A stretch of 38,510 bases of DNA from a virus (lineage: Duplodnaviria > Caudoviricetes): positions 1 to 38,510 of IMG/VR virus record IMGVR_UViG_3300005662_003801; one strand, given 5' to 3'. Position 1 is the stretch's first letter, and the number at the start of each line of letters is the position of its first letter. The notes beneath the pieces were generated by a model. That model saw only the letters and a list, made by a program, of their open reading frames with translations, made no database searches and was not told the origin of the DNA. Of this stretch, positions 27,093 to 36,775 are shown piece by piece. A program made the translations under genes and the position numbers.

Positions 27093-27925
27093 AATTCCTC
27101 TAGATGTGGCATAAGAGTCTTAAGTTTATGGTCCATAAAATATTGGAGCAGCTTTTCTCTGCCCTTTCCTTGTTGTGATTGATACGTTTCTAGGATCTTG
27201 TCTTGAAGATCTTGTGGAATGTTATTCATGTCAATAAGAGTACTGTTCCTGATGTATTTAGGATCCTCAAAAAATGAAGAGTTCTCCGAATCTTTCTTTA
27301 GTTGATCGATCCGCTTTTGAGTCATTCGGACCTGTCGCTTACCGTCCGTAACAAAAGTATCATCGTCACTAAGCATATTAGGCACACCATCACTTGAATC
27401 ACCTCCAATAATATGTTCAAAAAGAACCCCACGAGGATCTTCGCACTTTAAAAATTCTTTGGTGGTTGGACTGTACTGCTGTACGTTTGGAAAAATTTGC
27501 AGTTGTTGAAAGTCCTTATCATTAGAAATAATAAGAATATTTTCAGACTGGCAGTATGTCTTGGTCAGTACGTAAATAATATCATCTGCTTCTGCTCCCT
27601 GTAGACGAATACTGGGATACGGAAACACTTCTGCTACTTCATTACGAATCTTGTCCAGCACGGCAAAAGCAGCCTTCCATTCGTCCTTCTTGGCTTCCTG
27701 TTGCTTACGGCGATTTTGCTTATAGTACGGAAAGTACTTGCGTCGCCAATAGTCAGTACCGTCACTACAAATAACCAGTTCTCCGTACTTACGAAAATCG
27801 GTTCGGTACTTGCGGTACGTATTTAATACAGTGTGACGAATATAATCCTCATTAAGAGGTTCGCCATCCTTGGAAGCCTGAAAAATATTGGCCAAGATAA
27901 TTTGATTGTTGTCAATAAGTAACAT
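27089..27925 (-). CDS. rnh: T4 RNase H / 5'-3' flap exonuclease
   Basis: LLID, YWRR.YFPYYK.NR, AEADDII, ISNDKDFQQL, GDSSDGVPN, RNSTLID. Confidence 0.92.
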   Translation of the reverse strand: MLLIDNNQIILANIFQASKDGEPLNEDYIRHTVLNTYRKYRTDFRKYGELVICSDGTDYWRRKYFPYYKQNRRKQQEAKKDEWKAAFAVLDKIRNEVAEVFPYPSIRLQGAEADDIIYVLTKTYCQSENILIISNDKDFQQLQIFPNVQQYSPTTKEFLKCEDPRGVLFEHIIGGDSSDGVPNMLSDDDTFVTDGKRQVRMTQKRIDQLKKDSENSSFFEDPKYIRNSTLIDMNNIPQDLQDKILETYQSQQGKGREKLLQYFMDHKLKTLMPHLEEF

Positions 27926-27931
27926 GTTATT

Positions 27932-27959
27932 AGTATATCACACCCTTTTCAAAAGTCAA
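27932..27959 (-). promoter_or_regulatory. Sigma70-like promoter, likely leaderless rnh mRNA
   Basis: TTGACT-N16-TATACT-N6-ATG with extended -10 (TGA-TATACT); no SD. Confidence 0.7.
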
Positions 27960-27966
27960 AACATTA

Positions 27967-28698
27967 TCAGTCATTTAGGATATCTTTGAAATTTTCCAAA
28001 GCAGTGATTATTGTTTTAATTTTTCGCTTACCAAGGAACGAAAACGCTTCCTTTAAATCCGGATCTCCCTTATACGCCTGCTTGAGTTCCTTGATATATG
28101 GATCCAAATTCTTTGCCAGCTTCTTAAAATGCACGTGCTTGATGCCTTGTAGAACCAGCCAGTCAGCATGATCCACATTCTTAAGTTCATCGGATTCAGC
28201 GAGTTCAAACAGCTCATCAATTCTGCTTTCCAAAACAGACATGTACTCCTTTGTCTTGTTTTGAATACGTTCTTGAACATTGACCTTTTCTTTATCAGTA
28301 TTATCAACTTCTGGTCTGGTCTGGCCCAGCATGATAATATCTTTAACCTTGGATCGCACCATTTCAATGGTACGAGGATCCAACTTGGCCCCCAGAGTCA
28401 TAATACGACAACGACTGCCAATTTGAATAAACTCTAAAGCGTTAATATTACATGCCATAGCATACTTAATATCTTTCTTAGAGTATTCGTTTTTCATCAT
28501 CCAGTCAATTGTCCAAGGCTTACACAGCGTATCCTCACACGAATAACTATACCAGTTAAGGGCCTTCAATACTCGGGAATCGTGTTCTTCCGGAGTCAGT
28601 TTATCTGCATCCTTCCATGTGGGTTCGTCACCCATAATCAAAGAATCAACAGAATCACCACGACCAATACGACGAGTTTTCTTCTTTTTCTTTTTCAT
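27967..28698 (-). CDS. Hypothetical protein of T4-like phages
   Basis: 243 aa, GDEPTW, ALNWYSY, VNVQERI, DLKEAFS; ATGA overlap with g46. Confidence 0.6.
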   Translation of the reverse strand: MKKKKKKTRRIGRGDSVDSLIMGDEPTWKDADKLTPEEHDSRVLKALNWYSYSCEDTLCKPWTIDWMMKNEYSKKDIKYAMACNINALEFIQIGSRCRIMTLGAKLDPRTIEMVRSKVKDIIMLGQTRPEVDNTDKEKVNVQERIQNKTKEYMSVLESRIDELFELAESDELKNVDHADWLVLQGIKHVHFKKLAKNLDPYIKELKQAYKGDPDLKEAFSFLGKRKIKTIITALENFKDILND

Positions 28699-30419
28699 AC
28701 AATACGACTAAAGTTCTTTTTCTTATCGAATTGAACCACGTTATTAAATCTATCTAGCAGTTGGTCCGTTTTATGGCTGATCACATAAACGTTTGCTTTG
28801 GACCCAAAACTAGATAGAAGCTTCATCAGCTCATCCACTCCACCACTGTCTAAACTGGAATCAAATACTTCATCCAGAATAAGCAGATTAGTATTGACAC
28901 TGTTCTTCAACTTTGCGATCTCTCGCCATGTCAAAAGCAGTGCCAGATCGATCCTCATTTTTTCGCCTTCACTAAACGACTCGTAACAGAACTCATCACG
29001 ATGGCGACTCTTAATGACTTCATTAAACTCCTCGTCTAGATGGAAGTTTGCGTAGAAGTCCATGCTGTTCAGATACTTGTTCACGTACTTGTTAATTAAT
29101 GGAATATAGTATTTTACAATCTTTGCTTTAATACCACTGTCCTTGAACAGGAATACCAATTTATCATAAGAACGAAGTGTGTCAAGAGCTTTCTGTTTCT
29201 TTTTTAGTAATTCGCTTTGTTTGGTTAAAAGTTCGGACAATTTATCTTGATTTTCTTGAATCTTAGATTGAGTATCAGCAGTTTCTACAACAGCCAACAT
29301 CTCTTCGTCCAACCTTTGATTTAATTTAATCAAAGACTCTACAGTTTGTTCTTTGGAAGACGACTTGATAATTAAATCATTTAATTTATTCTGAACACTT
29401 ATCATCTTGTTCAGATTATTTTTGGACATGTTGATTGCTTCTTTTATTCGGTTCAGGCTATTTTTGTGTTCTTCGACCTTTTCTGTCTTCTCAGCAATCA
29501 CATGTTCTTTGTGTTCTTTGCTAATGGTCTGCTTACAGGTTGGGCAGCTTTGACTCTTTTCAAAGAACTTGATGTCTTCTTGTACGCCTTCAAGAGTACT
29601 TTCTAATTTGAACAACACAATCTGTTGCTTCTTGAGTTCAGCATTTATTTGATCTCCTGGTTCTAATTCAGTTTCCAGGATCTTCATTGCACTTTGAAGT
29701 TGTTTAATTTCTTTTGAAATACTTTTTATAGTTTCTGTATTTTCTTCCAAAGTCCGCTTGCGATCTGCAACACGATCTGAGGTATTCTTTTGGTAAGATT
29801 CTAAGATCTCTTTGGTGGCAGACACCTTTTCATTTACAAGCACTAGTTCAGACTCAATAGCCTGCATGACTCCTTTGGCAGTACCAATCTTGGTCTTTAG
29901 TACTCCATTCATTTCAGAAAAGATACCAATATCCAAAATGTTCTCAATAACTTGACGGCGATCAGCAGGAGTTAATTGCATGAATGGAATGAATGAAGAC
30001 GAACCAAGAACCACAACCTGAGAGAAAGTTTTGTGGTTCATACTAACAATTTGTTCTTCCAAGATGTTTTGGTAATCTTTACTCTTGGCGTCTTCGTTTA
30101 AAAGCTGACCGTCTTTGAATATCTTAAACATCTTTGGAGCAAGACCACGAACAATCTTATATTCTGTTTTTCCAACAGTAAATTCTAGTTCAACCACACA
30201 ATTCTTTTTATTGATGCTGTTGACCAGTTGTGGAATGTTCATATTTCGGAACGGCTTTCCAAACAGCGCAAAAGAAATAGAATCAAGAAATGCAAATGAT
30301 TTACCGTTACCGTTTGAACCACACACTAAAGTGGTTGCGTTCTTGCCCAATTCAATTTCAGTAAATGTGTTACCGAAAGAACCAAAATTCTTAAAACGAA
30401 CAGTCTTAAAATTAATCAA
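28695..30419 (-). CDS. g46: Recombination endonuclease subunit gp46 (Rad50/SbcC-like)
   Basis: FKNFGSFGN, GSNGNGKS, coiled coil with CPTC zinc hook, SFSEGEK, LILDE, ISH. Confidence 0.96.
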   Translation of the reverse strand: MINFKTVRFKNFGSFGNTFTEIELGKNATTLVCGSNGNGKSFAFLDSISFALFGKPFRNMNIPQLVNSINKKNCVVELEFTVGKTEYKIVRGLAPKMFKIFKDGQLLNEDAKSKDYQNILEEQIVSMNHKTFSQVVVLGSSSFIPFMQLTPADRRQVIENILDIGIFSEMNGVLKTKIGTAKGVMQAIESELVLVNEKVSATKEILESYQKNTSDRVADRKRTLEENTETIKSISKEIKQLQSAMKILETELEPGDQINAELKKQQIVLFKLESTLEGVQEDIKFFEKSQSCPTCKQTISKEHKEHVIAEKTEKVEEHKNSLNRIKEAINMSKNNLNKMISVQNKLNDLIIKSSSKEQTVESLIKLNQRLDEEMLAVVETADTQSKIQENQDKLSELLTKQSELLKKKQKALDTLRSYDKLVFLFKDSGIKAKIVKYYIPLINKYVNKYLNSMDFYANFHLDEEFNEVIKSRHRDEFCYESFSEGEKMRIDLALLLTWREIAKLKNSVNTNLLILDEVFDSSLDSGGVDELMKLLSSFGSKANVYVISHKTDQLLDRFNNVVQFDKKKNFSRIV

Positions 30420-31453
30420 TCTAGACTCTCCATATAAAGTTCACGAACAATATTCTTTAGTTCTTCTTTGTTTTCTGTTTCCATGCCATCAATCTCTTTG
30501 TTGATTAAGCTTAGTGTGTCTTCAGAAATATCCACTTCACCTTCTTCGCGGACACGATCACTCAGATCTTCAATGATACTAACACTGGCAGGTTCTGCTG
30601 CGTAAAGACTGTCCAAAAATTGATCAAACTTGGTTTCACTTTTCTTTTCGTACACCAAAACCTTGACGTAAGTTCCCTTATATCGTGCAGGATCAAATCC
30701 TTCAATCAGCGTGCCGTTTCTCCACTCCACATTATGAAACATCTTCATGGGATTTTGGATAAATTGCAGTTCTCGGGTTTCTGTGTCTAGAACATGAAAT
30801 CCCTTTACTTCATTGGTATCAATACTAGTCATCTGGTATTGAGTACCCAGATAATGAACATTACCTTTAGAACTCTTGCTGTGAAAATGACCAGACAGCA
30901 CCATATCAAACTTTTCTAAGAACTTGTCACTCATGCCTTCATTGAACTTTATTCCGGGCATAACTTCATAACCACTTAATTCTAAGTGGCCTGCCAGAAT
31001 AGTTGCTTTACTGTCCTTGATTGTTTTCAAAAATTGTTCTTTGTTTTCTTCATTCAACCAAGGAACCATCAGTATGGTTGCACCATTGAAACGTACTTCT
31101 GTTGGTTCTTCGTAAAGGTGAAACGAAGAGTGACATTCTCCCAGCACTTCTTTAGGAGAATTTAAACGATTAGTATTCTTATAAAATACATCGTGATTAC
31201 CAAGAATACAGTGTAGTTCTACACCATTAGTTTCAAACCACTCAACAAATCGCTTCTTGGTGTGATGTAGTGTGTTAAAGTTAATAAACTTTCTACGATC
31301 AAACAGATCACCAAGATGAAGTACTTTGGTAATACCGTGTTCTTTCAGGTAAGGAAAGAACTGTTCTTCAAAGAACTTTAAAAAGTGATTCAGGAAAAGA
31401 GGAGAGTCTCCTCTGGCCCCAAAGTGCGTATCACCAATAACTGCAATTTTCAT
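30416..31453 (-). CDS. g47: Recombination endonuclease subunit gp47 (Mre11/SbcD-like)
   Basis: GDTHFG, HLGDLFDRRK, LGNHD, GHLE, SGHFH. Confidence 0.96.
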   Translation of the reverse strand: MKIAVIGDTHFGARGDSPLFLNHFLKFFEEQFFPYLKEHGITKVLHLGDLFDRRKFINFNTLHHTKKRFVEWFETNGVELHCILGNHDVFYKNTNRLNSPKEVLGECHSSFHLYEEPTEVRFNGATILMVPWLNEENKEQFLKTIKDSKATILAGHLELSGYEVMPGIKFNEGMSDKFLEKFDMVLSGHFHSKSSKGNVHYLGTQYQMTSIDTNEVKGFHVLDTETRELQFIQNPMKMFHNVEWRNGTLIEGFDPARYKGTYVKVLVYEKKSETKFDQFLDSLYAAEPASVSIIEDLSDRVREEGEVDISEDTLSLINKEIDGMETENKEELKNIVRELYMESLD

Positions 31454-32055
31454 GATTTATTTTTACTACGCTTCTTGCGCTTCTTTGGTTCGTACTTTTC
31501 GATATCTCGTTCAGAAATATTAAAATGTTCGCTTAATGCTTCACGTTCATTGGTTTTCTCGAAATAATTTTCTTTAAACCACTTGTGAAGTGTACCATCG
31601 TTTAGCTCTTCTGTCAACTTGAATTTTACATATCCTTGTTTCTTCTCTTTTTCTATACGACGCAAGAAAGCGTAATATATTATTTGAGTAAAATAAGAAA
31701 ATGGATTTTTTGATTTGCGTGGATTGAAATTGTGAGCGTACATCAAACAATTTTCAATTCCATCTCCAATCATCTCGTCTTTATACGGATAATTGGCAAA
31801 ATTAGATTTTGAACATAATCGTTCGGCTATCTTTAAGAAGCACTCACCAATGTAATTTGAAATTGGTGGACGCTCATCATCAGTATCTTCTGCTTCTCGT
31901 ATCTCTTTTTTCCATTTGATCATTTCTGCTAAGAATTCTTTATTATCAACATAATGATCATTATTTAATTGTTTTTCTAATTTCTTTTCTATTGTTTTAG
32001 CCGTTTTATCTGTTTTTATTTTTAATTTATCTTTTTTAGGTTTTCCACTTGACAT
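31450..32055 (-). CDS. g55: Late-transcription sigma factor gp55
   Basis: HYVDNKEFL, YIGECFLKIA, NFANYPYKDEMIGDG, NPFSYFTQIIYYAFLRRI.KEKKQ. Confidence 0.95.
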   Translation of the reverse strand: MSSGKPKKDKLKIKTDKTAKTIEKKLEKQLNNDHYVDNKEFLAEMIKWKKEIREAEDTDDERPPISNYIGECFLKIAERLCSKSNFANYPYKDEMIGDGIENCLMYAHNFNPRKSKNPFSYFTQIIYYAFLRRIEKEKKQGYVKFKLTEELNDGTLHKWFKENYFEKTNEREALSEHFNISERDIEKYEPKKRKKRSKNKS

Positions 32056-32077
32056 GCTATAAATTTCCTGATATAAT
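32049..32077 (+). promoter_or_regulatory. Perfect sigma70 consensus promoter on the antisense strand
   Basis: TTGACA (32049-32054), 17 nt, TATAAT (32072-32077), with extended -10 TG. Confidence 0.55.
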
Positions 32078-32105
32078 ATTTTGTCTGAGTTAATAAAGAA
32101 CTATT

Positions 32106-32813
32106 TTACTTATAGTCTTCCGAGTGGGGATCAGCGTTCCAATCCGTCCACTCGTTTCCCAGATCCTTCTTATCTTTTTTATTCCCGGTATACTTGGTAG
32201 GATTCATACCTTCACCATTGGTGCTGGTAATTTCATCAATCATATCACCAAGTTCTTTTCGATCAAGTATACCTGAGCGAAGAAGTTCAACGATAACTTC
32301 TGGTGAAAAGATCATGTTCATAAACACCATTTTATCATCAAATTTGGGTTTTGCAAGATCTTTTAAGTTGGATTCTTCTTCTGGGATATTGGTTAGATCT
32401 TCCATCATTTGTTCCAGTTTACGACGCATATTGTCTAGTGCAATTTCATCATCTAACTCGTCTTTTACTGGAGGTGGAAGTTGGGGTGGTTTATTTAAAT
32501 TTACAGCTTTTGGTTTTTTGTTGTACTTATCTTCTTTAAACTTTTCTGCTTCGTATAAACTGGTAACTTCTGGAGTTGGTTCTAGTATGGTATTAACCGA
32601 GTCTAAAGAAATGTTAGTTTTAACTTCTGAAGAAAGAATCAACCAATTCTTAAGCATAAAGATTTCTCGCATGCCTCCAAACAAGTCTGGAGAAACCATA
32701 GTCTTGAAAACCATGGGTCGGTGAAGACGAAGTTTACCGTCTTTAGTTTTGCGAACGTCTGCAATAATGTCTTCACCCGATTTCATTTTGAGTATCTTGT
32801 ATGTTCTTCTCAT
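32106..32813 (-). CDS. Hypothetical protein (possible Sm-like N-terminal domain) between uvsW and g55
   Basis: KILKMKSGEDIIA, LHRPM, LKNW; acidic C-terminus; typical position in marine/freshwater T4-like phages. Confidence 0.6.
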   Translation of the reverse strand: MRRTYKILKMKSGEDIIADVRKTKDGKLRLHRPMVFKTMVSPDLFGGMREIFMLKNWLILSSEVKTNISLDSVNTILEPTPEVTSLYEAEKFKEDKYNKKPKAVNLNKPPQLPPPVKDELDDEIALDNMRRKLEQMMEDLTNIPEEESNLKDLAKPKFDDKMVFMNMIFSPEVIVELLRSGILDRKELGDMIDEITSTNGEGMNPTKYTGNKKDKKDLGNEWTDWNADPHSEDYK

Positions 32814-34302
32814 TGGACTCCTTTGGTAACTGAATAGAAATCAACTTGTACGGAAATCTCTCATTAGTATATATTTTTAGTCTGGCACCAAGATGGTTCA
32901 TTCCGTGATTAGTGTAGCTCTTGTAACGCAGATCGTCTGCGATATCAAATAATTTCATTTGTTGTTTAGTATCACTTCTTCGCAATCCACGACCAATTGA
33001 TTGTAAAACACGAATTATGGATTTAGATGGAGAAGCAAAAACCACATTGTGAATATTTTTAATATTAATACCAGTACTGCAAGTTCCGTAAGAAGCTAAT
33101 AATATAGAGTCTGATCCTTTATCTACCGCTTTACGAATTTGTTCGCGTTCGTCTACTTCAGTTTGACCGTGAATAAAGTAAACCGGTTTTGTGGAATCCT
33201 TTTGTAGTATTTCGTGTAACGGCTTTCCTTGTAGTTCCACAAAGTTAAAAAGAACTAAAGTGTTGCCTGTCAATTTACTGCACAAGTTTTTAATAAACTG
33301 ATTGCGTCTGGAATTACTTACAACCCAACGTATCTCGTCCACGTACGTCATCTTCTTGGTTGTTTGAATGTCTTCTGGAGAGTACTGAAGTTGTAAACAA
33401 TCAATATTAATCTGTGAAAGTAAGTCTTGATCAATTAATTTTTTGGTCGTGGTTGTGTGATACGTTGGTCCAAACAACCCCTCAATAACCAGTTTGTGGG
33501 TTTGTGTGCCGTCCAAAGTACCGGTTGTGCCTATACGGTACTTTGTTTTTTTAGCCTTGCTCATGATAGAAGCAAGAGATTTGGCTTTGAATAAATGGCA
33601 CTCGTCTCCGAACACTCCCATAAAATCGTCAAAGTAAGTAAACGGCTGATTGTAAATACTTTGCCAAGTGGAAATAATTATTCGTTTGGTGGAAGTTTTA
33701 TCTTTTCCAGACATTACTGTATGAATGTTTCGATCTGCCTTCCATGAGTCTTGTTTGGAATAATCCCGAAAATCTGCCAACATCTGAGCAACCAGACTGG
33801 TGGTTGGGACAATTATCAACAGTTTTCCTGTAGGGTTCTTATCCAACATCCAACGGCACAGCAGGTAGATCATCATGGACTTACCAGAGCCTGTAGGAGA
33901 CACTAGGAGGGCCCTGGATCGATTCAGTGCGTGTTGGACGGCTTCTACCTGGTAATCGTAAGGTTGAATGGGTTTACCGCCTGCACTGAGTGGTAAACTT
34001 TGAATGAATTCCTTGACTTCTTCTGGCTTGGGAGTATCGTACGGAACCGGAACATGCTCCCAAGTGTACCCACGATCTTTAGCAAACTTAATTACAAGGT
34101 CTATCAGACCTGCGTAAATGGTCTGGGTATACAGATTAAAAAGACGAATTTTTCCATCCCAAAGACGTTTTTTGAATGCTGGGGTGTATTGGAAATTTGG
34201 AACAGTAAACGTAAAATAACCGTTTAGTTCTCTGGCTAAAGAACGATCACACTCGACCTTTAAATCGACAGCATCAGGTTGTGTGATACGTATATCTGCC
34301 AA
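32773..34302 (-). CDS. uvsW: UvsW DNA helicase (SF2)
   Basis: WDGKIRLF, PYDYQ, SPTGSGKS, GDECH, GTTGT, STGINIKN, LQSIGRGLR; TTG start directly after the uvsY stop, with GGAG upstream. Confidence 0.95.
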   Translation of the reverse strand: MADIRITQPDAVDLKVECDRSLARELNGYFTFTVPNFQYTPAFKKRLWDGKIRLFNLYTQTIYAGLIDLVIKFAKDRGYTWEHVPVPYDTPKPEEVKEFIQSLPLSAGGKPIQPYDYQVEAVQHALNRSRALLVSPTGSGKSMMIYLLCRWMLDKNPTGKLLIIVPTTSLVAQMLADFRDYSKQDSWKADRNIHTVMSGKDKTSTKRIIISTWQSIYNQPFTYFDDFMGVFGDECHLFKAKSLASIMSKAKKTKYRIGTTGTLDGTQTHKLVIEGLFGPTYHTTTTKKLIDQDLLSQINIDCLQLQYSPEDIQTTKKMTYVDEIRWVVSNSRRNQFIKNLCSKLTGNTLVLFNFVELQGKPLHEILQKDSTKPVYFIHGQTEVDEREQIRKAVDKGSDSILLASYGTCSTGINIKNIHNVVFASPSKSIIRVLQSIGRGLRRSDTKQQMKLFDIADDLRYKSYTNHGMNHLGARLKIYTNERFPYKLISIQLPKESNEKNIQDTQNEIG

Positions 34303-34737
34303 TTAAACTCCTTGGGTAAACTTCAACCAGTCAATCATGGCTCGGATTTGCCATTGACGATTTTGTACAATTTTAATTACACTTTCCAGATAACTAACCT
34401 TTTCTTCTTGAAAATTAACCTTTTCAGAAGCCTTGATGTAGTCTATATCCGATTCAATCATGTCGTCTGCTTCAGTCTTTAGAATGTTTAATTCAAACGG
34501 CTCCCAGCCAAACTGAGTTAATTCTTCTTGACTCATTCGGCCAGTATAGTAAAGCCATTTGTTTCTACGAAGAACAGACAATTCACTGTTCATTCGTTTT
34601 AATTTTAACTTTTCATCCATAAACATAACCAAATATTTGTTGTGGATTTGAGGTGTTCTGGAAGACTCCGCATCAAGAGCAGTCTGATCAATATCCAGAT
34701 CTTTTTTAATCATTACTTTTAATTCATCTAGGTTCAT
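34303..34737 (-). CDS. uvsY: Recombination mediator UvsY
   Basis: DLDID, PQIHNKYL, KWLYYTG, NRQWQIRAMIDWLKF; start moved to MNLDEL. Confidence 0.9.
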   Translation of the reverse strand: MNLDELKVMIKKDLDIDQTALDAESSRTPQIHNKYLVMFMDEKLKLKRMNSELSVLRRNKWLYYTGRMSQEELTQFGWEPFELNILKTEADDMIESDIDYIKASEKVNFQEEKVSYLESVIKIVQNRQWQIRAMIDWLKFTQGV

Positions 34738-34743
34738 AATAAT

Positions 34744-34771
34744 AGTATACACCAAAATTAAGGTGTATCAA
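34744..34771 (-). promoter_or_regulatory. Sigma70-like promoter, likely leaderless uvsY mRNA
   Basis: TTGATA-N16-TATACT-N6-ATG; same geometry as the rnh promoter. Confidence 0.65.
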
Positions 34772-35261
34772 GTGTTTCTATAGTATAACCAGTAAAAGCA
34801 AATTGAACTGATGCTAAAACTTCTGTTGATTGTTTTTCGGTAATAGAAAAATTTATACTACTTAAATATTTTGGAAAAATTTGTTTAAATCTCACAGCAA
34901 TTTTTGGTTTATATGAACTGTTGGTCACTGTTAAAGTGGCACTTGACGCTTTTTGACTGTACTCTAGAGTACTAGCATCATTTTCGTAATTACTGGTTGT
35001 TCTGATCCAATCATGTATTTCTTTCCAATTTGTTAAATTTTCGTCTACACGAAACGTTAATAATAAATCTTCAAATCTTATTGCTCCTGTTGGAACCTGA
35101 ACCGGATAACCCATAGTTGTTGGTTGTTCTGCTACACCGTAAGCAATTCCAGGAATATTTGCACTTTGACAAAAATAAACCATATTTGGTACTCTGTCTA
35201 AAGTAAATTGAAAATAATTAGACAGTAACGGATTATTTGAAATAGCATTACATGTTGTCAT
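34758..35261 (-). CDS. g3: Tail completion / sheath stabiliser gp3
   Basis: YFCQSANIPG, FEDL..TFRVDENLTNWKEIHDW, F..IFP..LS.INF; located between g23 and uvsY. Confidence 0.85.
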   Translation of the reverse strand: MTTCNAISNNPLLSNYFQFTLDRVPNMVYFCQSANIPGIAYGVAEQPTTMGYPVQVPTGAIRFEDLLLTFRVDENLTNWKEIHDWIRTTSNYENDASTLEYSQKASSATLTVTNSSYKPKIAVRFKQIFPKYLSSINFSITEKQSTEVLASVQFAFTGYTIETLDTP

Positions 35262-35266
35262 ATTAG

Positions 35267-35274
35267 TATTTATG
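35267..35274 (-). promoter_or_regulatory. Late promoter CATAAATA, 5 nt upstream of the g3 ATG (likely leaderless)
   Basis: CATAAATA-CTAAT-ATG directly after the g23 terminator. Confidence 0.65.
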
Positions 35275-35309
35275 AAACGAAAAGGGCTCCCTTTTTAGGG
35301 GGAGCCCTT
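35274..35309 (-). terminator. Rho-independent terminator after g23
   Basis: 10-bp stem AAGGGCTCCC/GGGAGCCCTT (35282-35309) followed on the minus strand by TTCGTTTC. Confidence 0.85.
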
Positions 35310-35335
35310 AGCGTTAATTTTAGTTAAGGTTTAGA

Positions 35336-36775
35336 TCAGAGACCGAAACCAGTGTTACCGTGGAGATTGCTTACGCGGAAGATACGGTAGTATTGATTAC
35401 CGCTGTTAGCAGTTCCAAGAGTATCAAGGTTGGTTTGCTCTGCGAATGGATTGGCTACCATACCGTAACGAGTCTTGAAACCAATCTTGGGTTGGAAAGT
35501 ACTAGTATCGACTGCACGTACCATTTGTAGCGGAACGTATGGGCAGTAGAACACGCCAGCATCGTATGGGCTTGCGCCACGATAGCCTACTAGGGCAAAG
35601 TCTTGGCCTAATTGAGCGTATGGATCAATATAAACCTTGAACTTGCCGTTGAGAACACCAGCAAAAGTGTTGCCGGTGTCATCGACCTCTAGTTGAGGTT
35701 GTAGAGCAGGAGTTAGGTTTAGGAATCCACCCATGGCGAGAGCTGAAGCTACGTCGCTTGAGCAAACTACGAAGTTACCCTTACCACGACGAGTTTCCTT
35801 GGCGATTACGTTAGCTTCACGTTCGATTTGGAACATGAGACCACGGAAACGTTCTGCACTCCAACGACCGTCAGAGTCGGTGTTTAGGTCGTAGGTACCA
35901 GGAGTGCTAAGATCTGATTGGCTAGCACCAGTCTTGGCAGTTCGGTATAGAGTGTAGATTAGCTCGCGGTTGATTTCGTTGAGAATTTCGGTGCTAAGAA
36001 TATTAGCAAGTTCGCTCTCAGCGTCAAGACCGTGAACAGCCTTGAGGTCTTGTGCTAGCTCGGTGGTGTACTCAGCCTTTAGAGCACGAGTCTTGGCTTC
36101 AACAGCGATACGCTCAATGCTGAACGCCATTTGATTGAATGCCTTGCTGCCACCAGATTCACCTAAAGCTTCACCTTGTGAGGTTAGTAGACCACGGAAA
36201 GCACTCATATCGAAGCTAGCAGAACGAGCACCAGTGGTGCCTGCAGTACCAGCAGGATCGATACCACCGGTAGCTGAGAATGCAGCACCGGCTGAAGTGT
36301 TACCTGAACCACCGAACTTGGCGAAGACTTCTTGGAATAGAGCTTCAGTACCATTACCTACAGCGTCACCTCTGACGTTACCAGCAGTACCTTGTGAGGT
36401 GTAACGGCTACGCATAGCAAAGATTAGACCGGTTGGTGCACTCATTGGTTGAACGCCAGCTAGATCGTAGGCCATTAGGTTTGGCATGCTACGACGAACT
36501 AGGCTAATGAGAATTGGGTCATAACCTGCGATTTGACCGCCGCTTGCAATACCTACGCCAGTGTTGCTTACGCTTGGGTTACCGTTCATGGCGTTAGCAG
36601 GAGCTTCAACAAGATATTGCTCACGTAGAGCCTTCTCTTGGTTCTCTAGTAACATGGCAGTAACCTTCTTCTTGTACGAATCGTTAATTTCTGGAAGTGC
36701 CTCGTGGCTTAGCAGAGGGTTCCATTTTTCTACGAGTGTATCGTAGGGGGTGTTTGAGTTAAAATCCATTGACAT
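35336..36775 (-). CDS. g23: Major capsid protein gp23
   Basis: EKWNPLL, LLENQ, DPILISLVRR, GVQPMSAPTGLIFAMR, RALKAEYTTELAQDLKAVHGLDAE, FYCPYVPLQMVRA, FQPKIGFKTRYG; SD AAGGAG. Confidence 0.98.
   Translation of the reverse strand: MSMDFNSNTPYDTLVEKWNPLLSHEALPEINDSYKKKVTAMLLENQEKALREQYLVEAPANAMNGNPSVSNTGVGIASGGQIAGYDPILISLVRRSMPNLMAYDLAGVQPMSAPTGLIFAMRSRYTSQGTAGNVRGDAVGNGTEALFQEVFAKFGGSGNTSAGAAFSATGGIDPAGTAGTTGARSASFDMSAFRGLLTSQGEALGESGGSKAFNQMAFSIERIAVEAKTRALKAEYTTELAQDLKAVHGLDAESELANILSTEILNEINRELIYTLYRTAKTGASQSDLSTPGTYDLNTDSDGRWSAERFRGLMFQIEREANVIAKETRRGKGNFVVCSSDVASALAMGGFLNLTPALQPQLEVDDTGNTFAGVLNGKFKVYIDPYAQLGQDFALVGYRGASPYDAGVFYCPYVPLQMVRAVDTSTFQPKIGFKTRYGMVANPFAEQTNLDTLGTANSGNQYYRIFRVSNLHGNTGFGL

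Noticed and set aside
32194-32724. 176-aa plus-strand ORF downstream of the antisense promoter
   Set aside because: TTG start and Ser/Leu/Phe-rich composition expected from the reverse complement of the Glu/Lys/Asp-rich minus-strand gene; no motif. Treated as a shadow ORF unless translation is shown.
7894-34755. Longer N-termini given by the ORF track for GT4, nadE, ugd, GT11, g62, g44 and uvsY
   Set aside because: Downstream ATGs fit the family N-termini, stop/start coupling, SD motifs or promoter geometry better, so starts were shortened.
35262-35335. Absence of vertex protein g24 after g23
   Set aside because: The g23-g3-uvsY-uvsW order without g24 is common in cyanophage-like T4 relatives.
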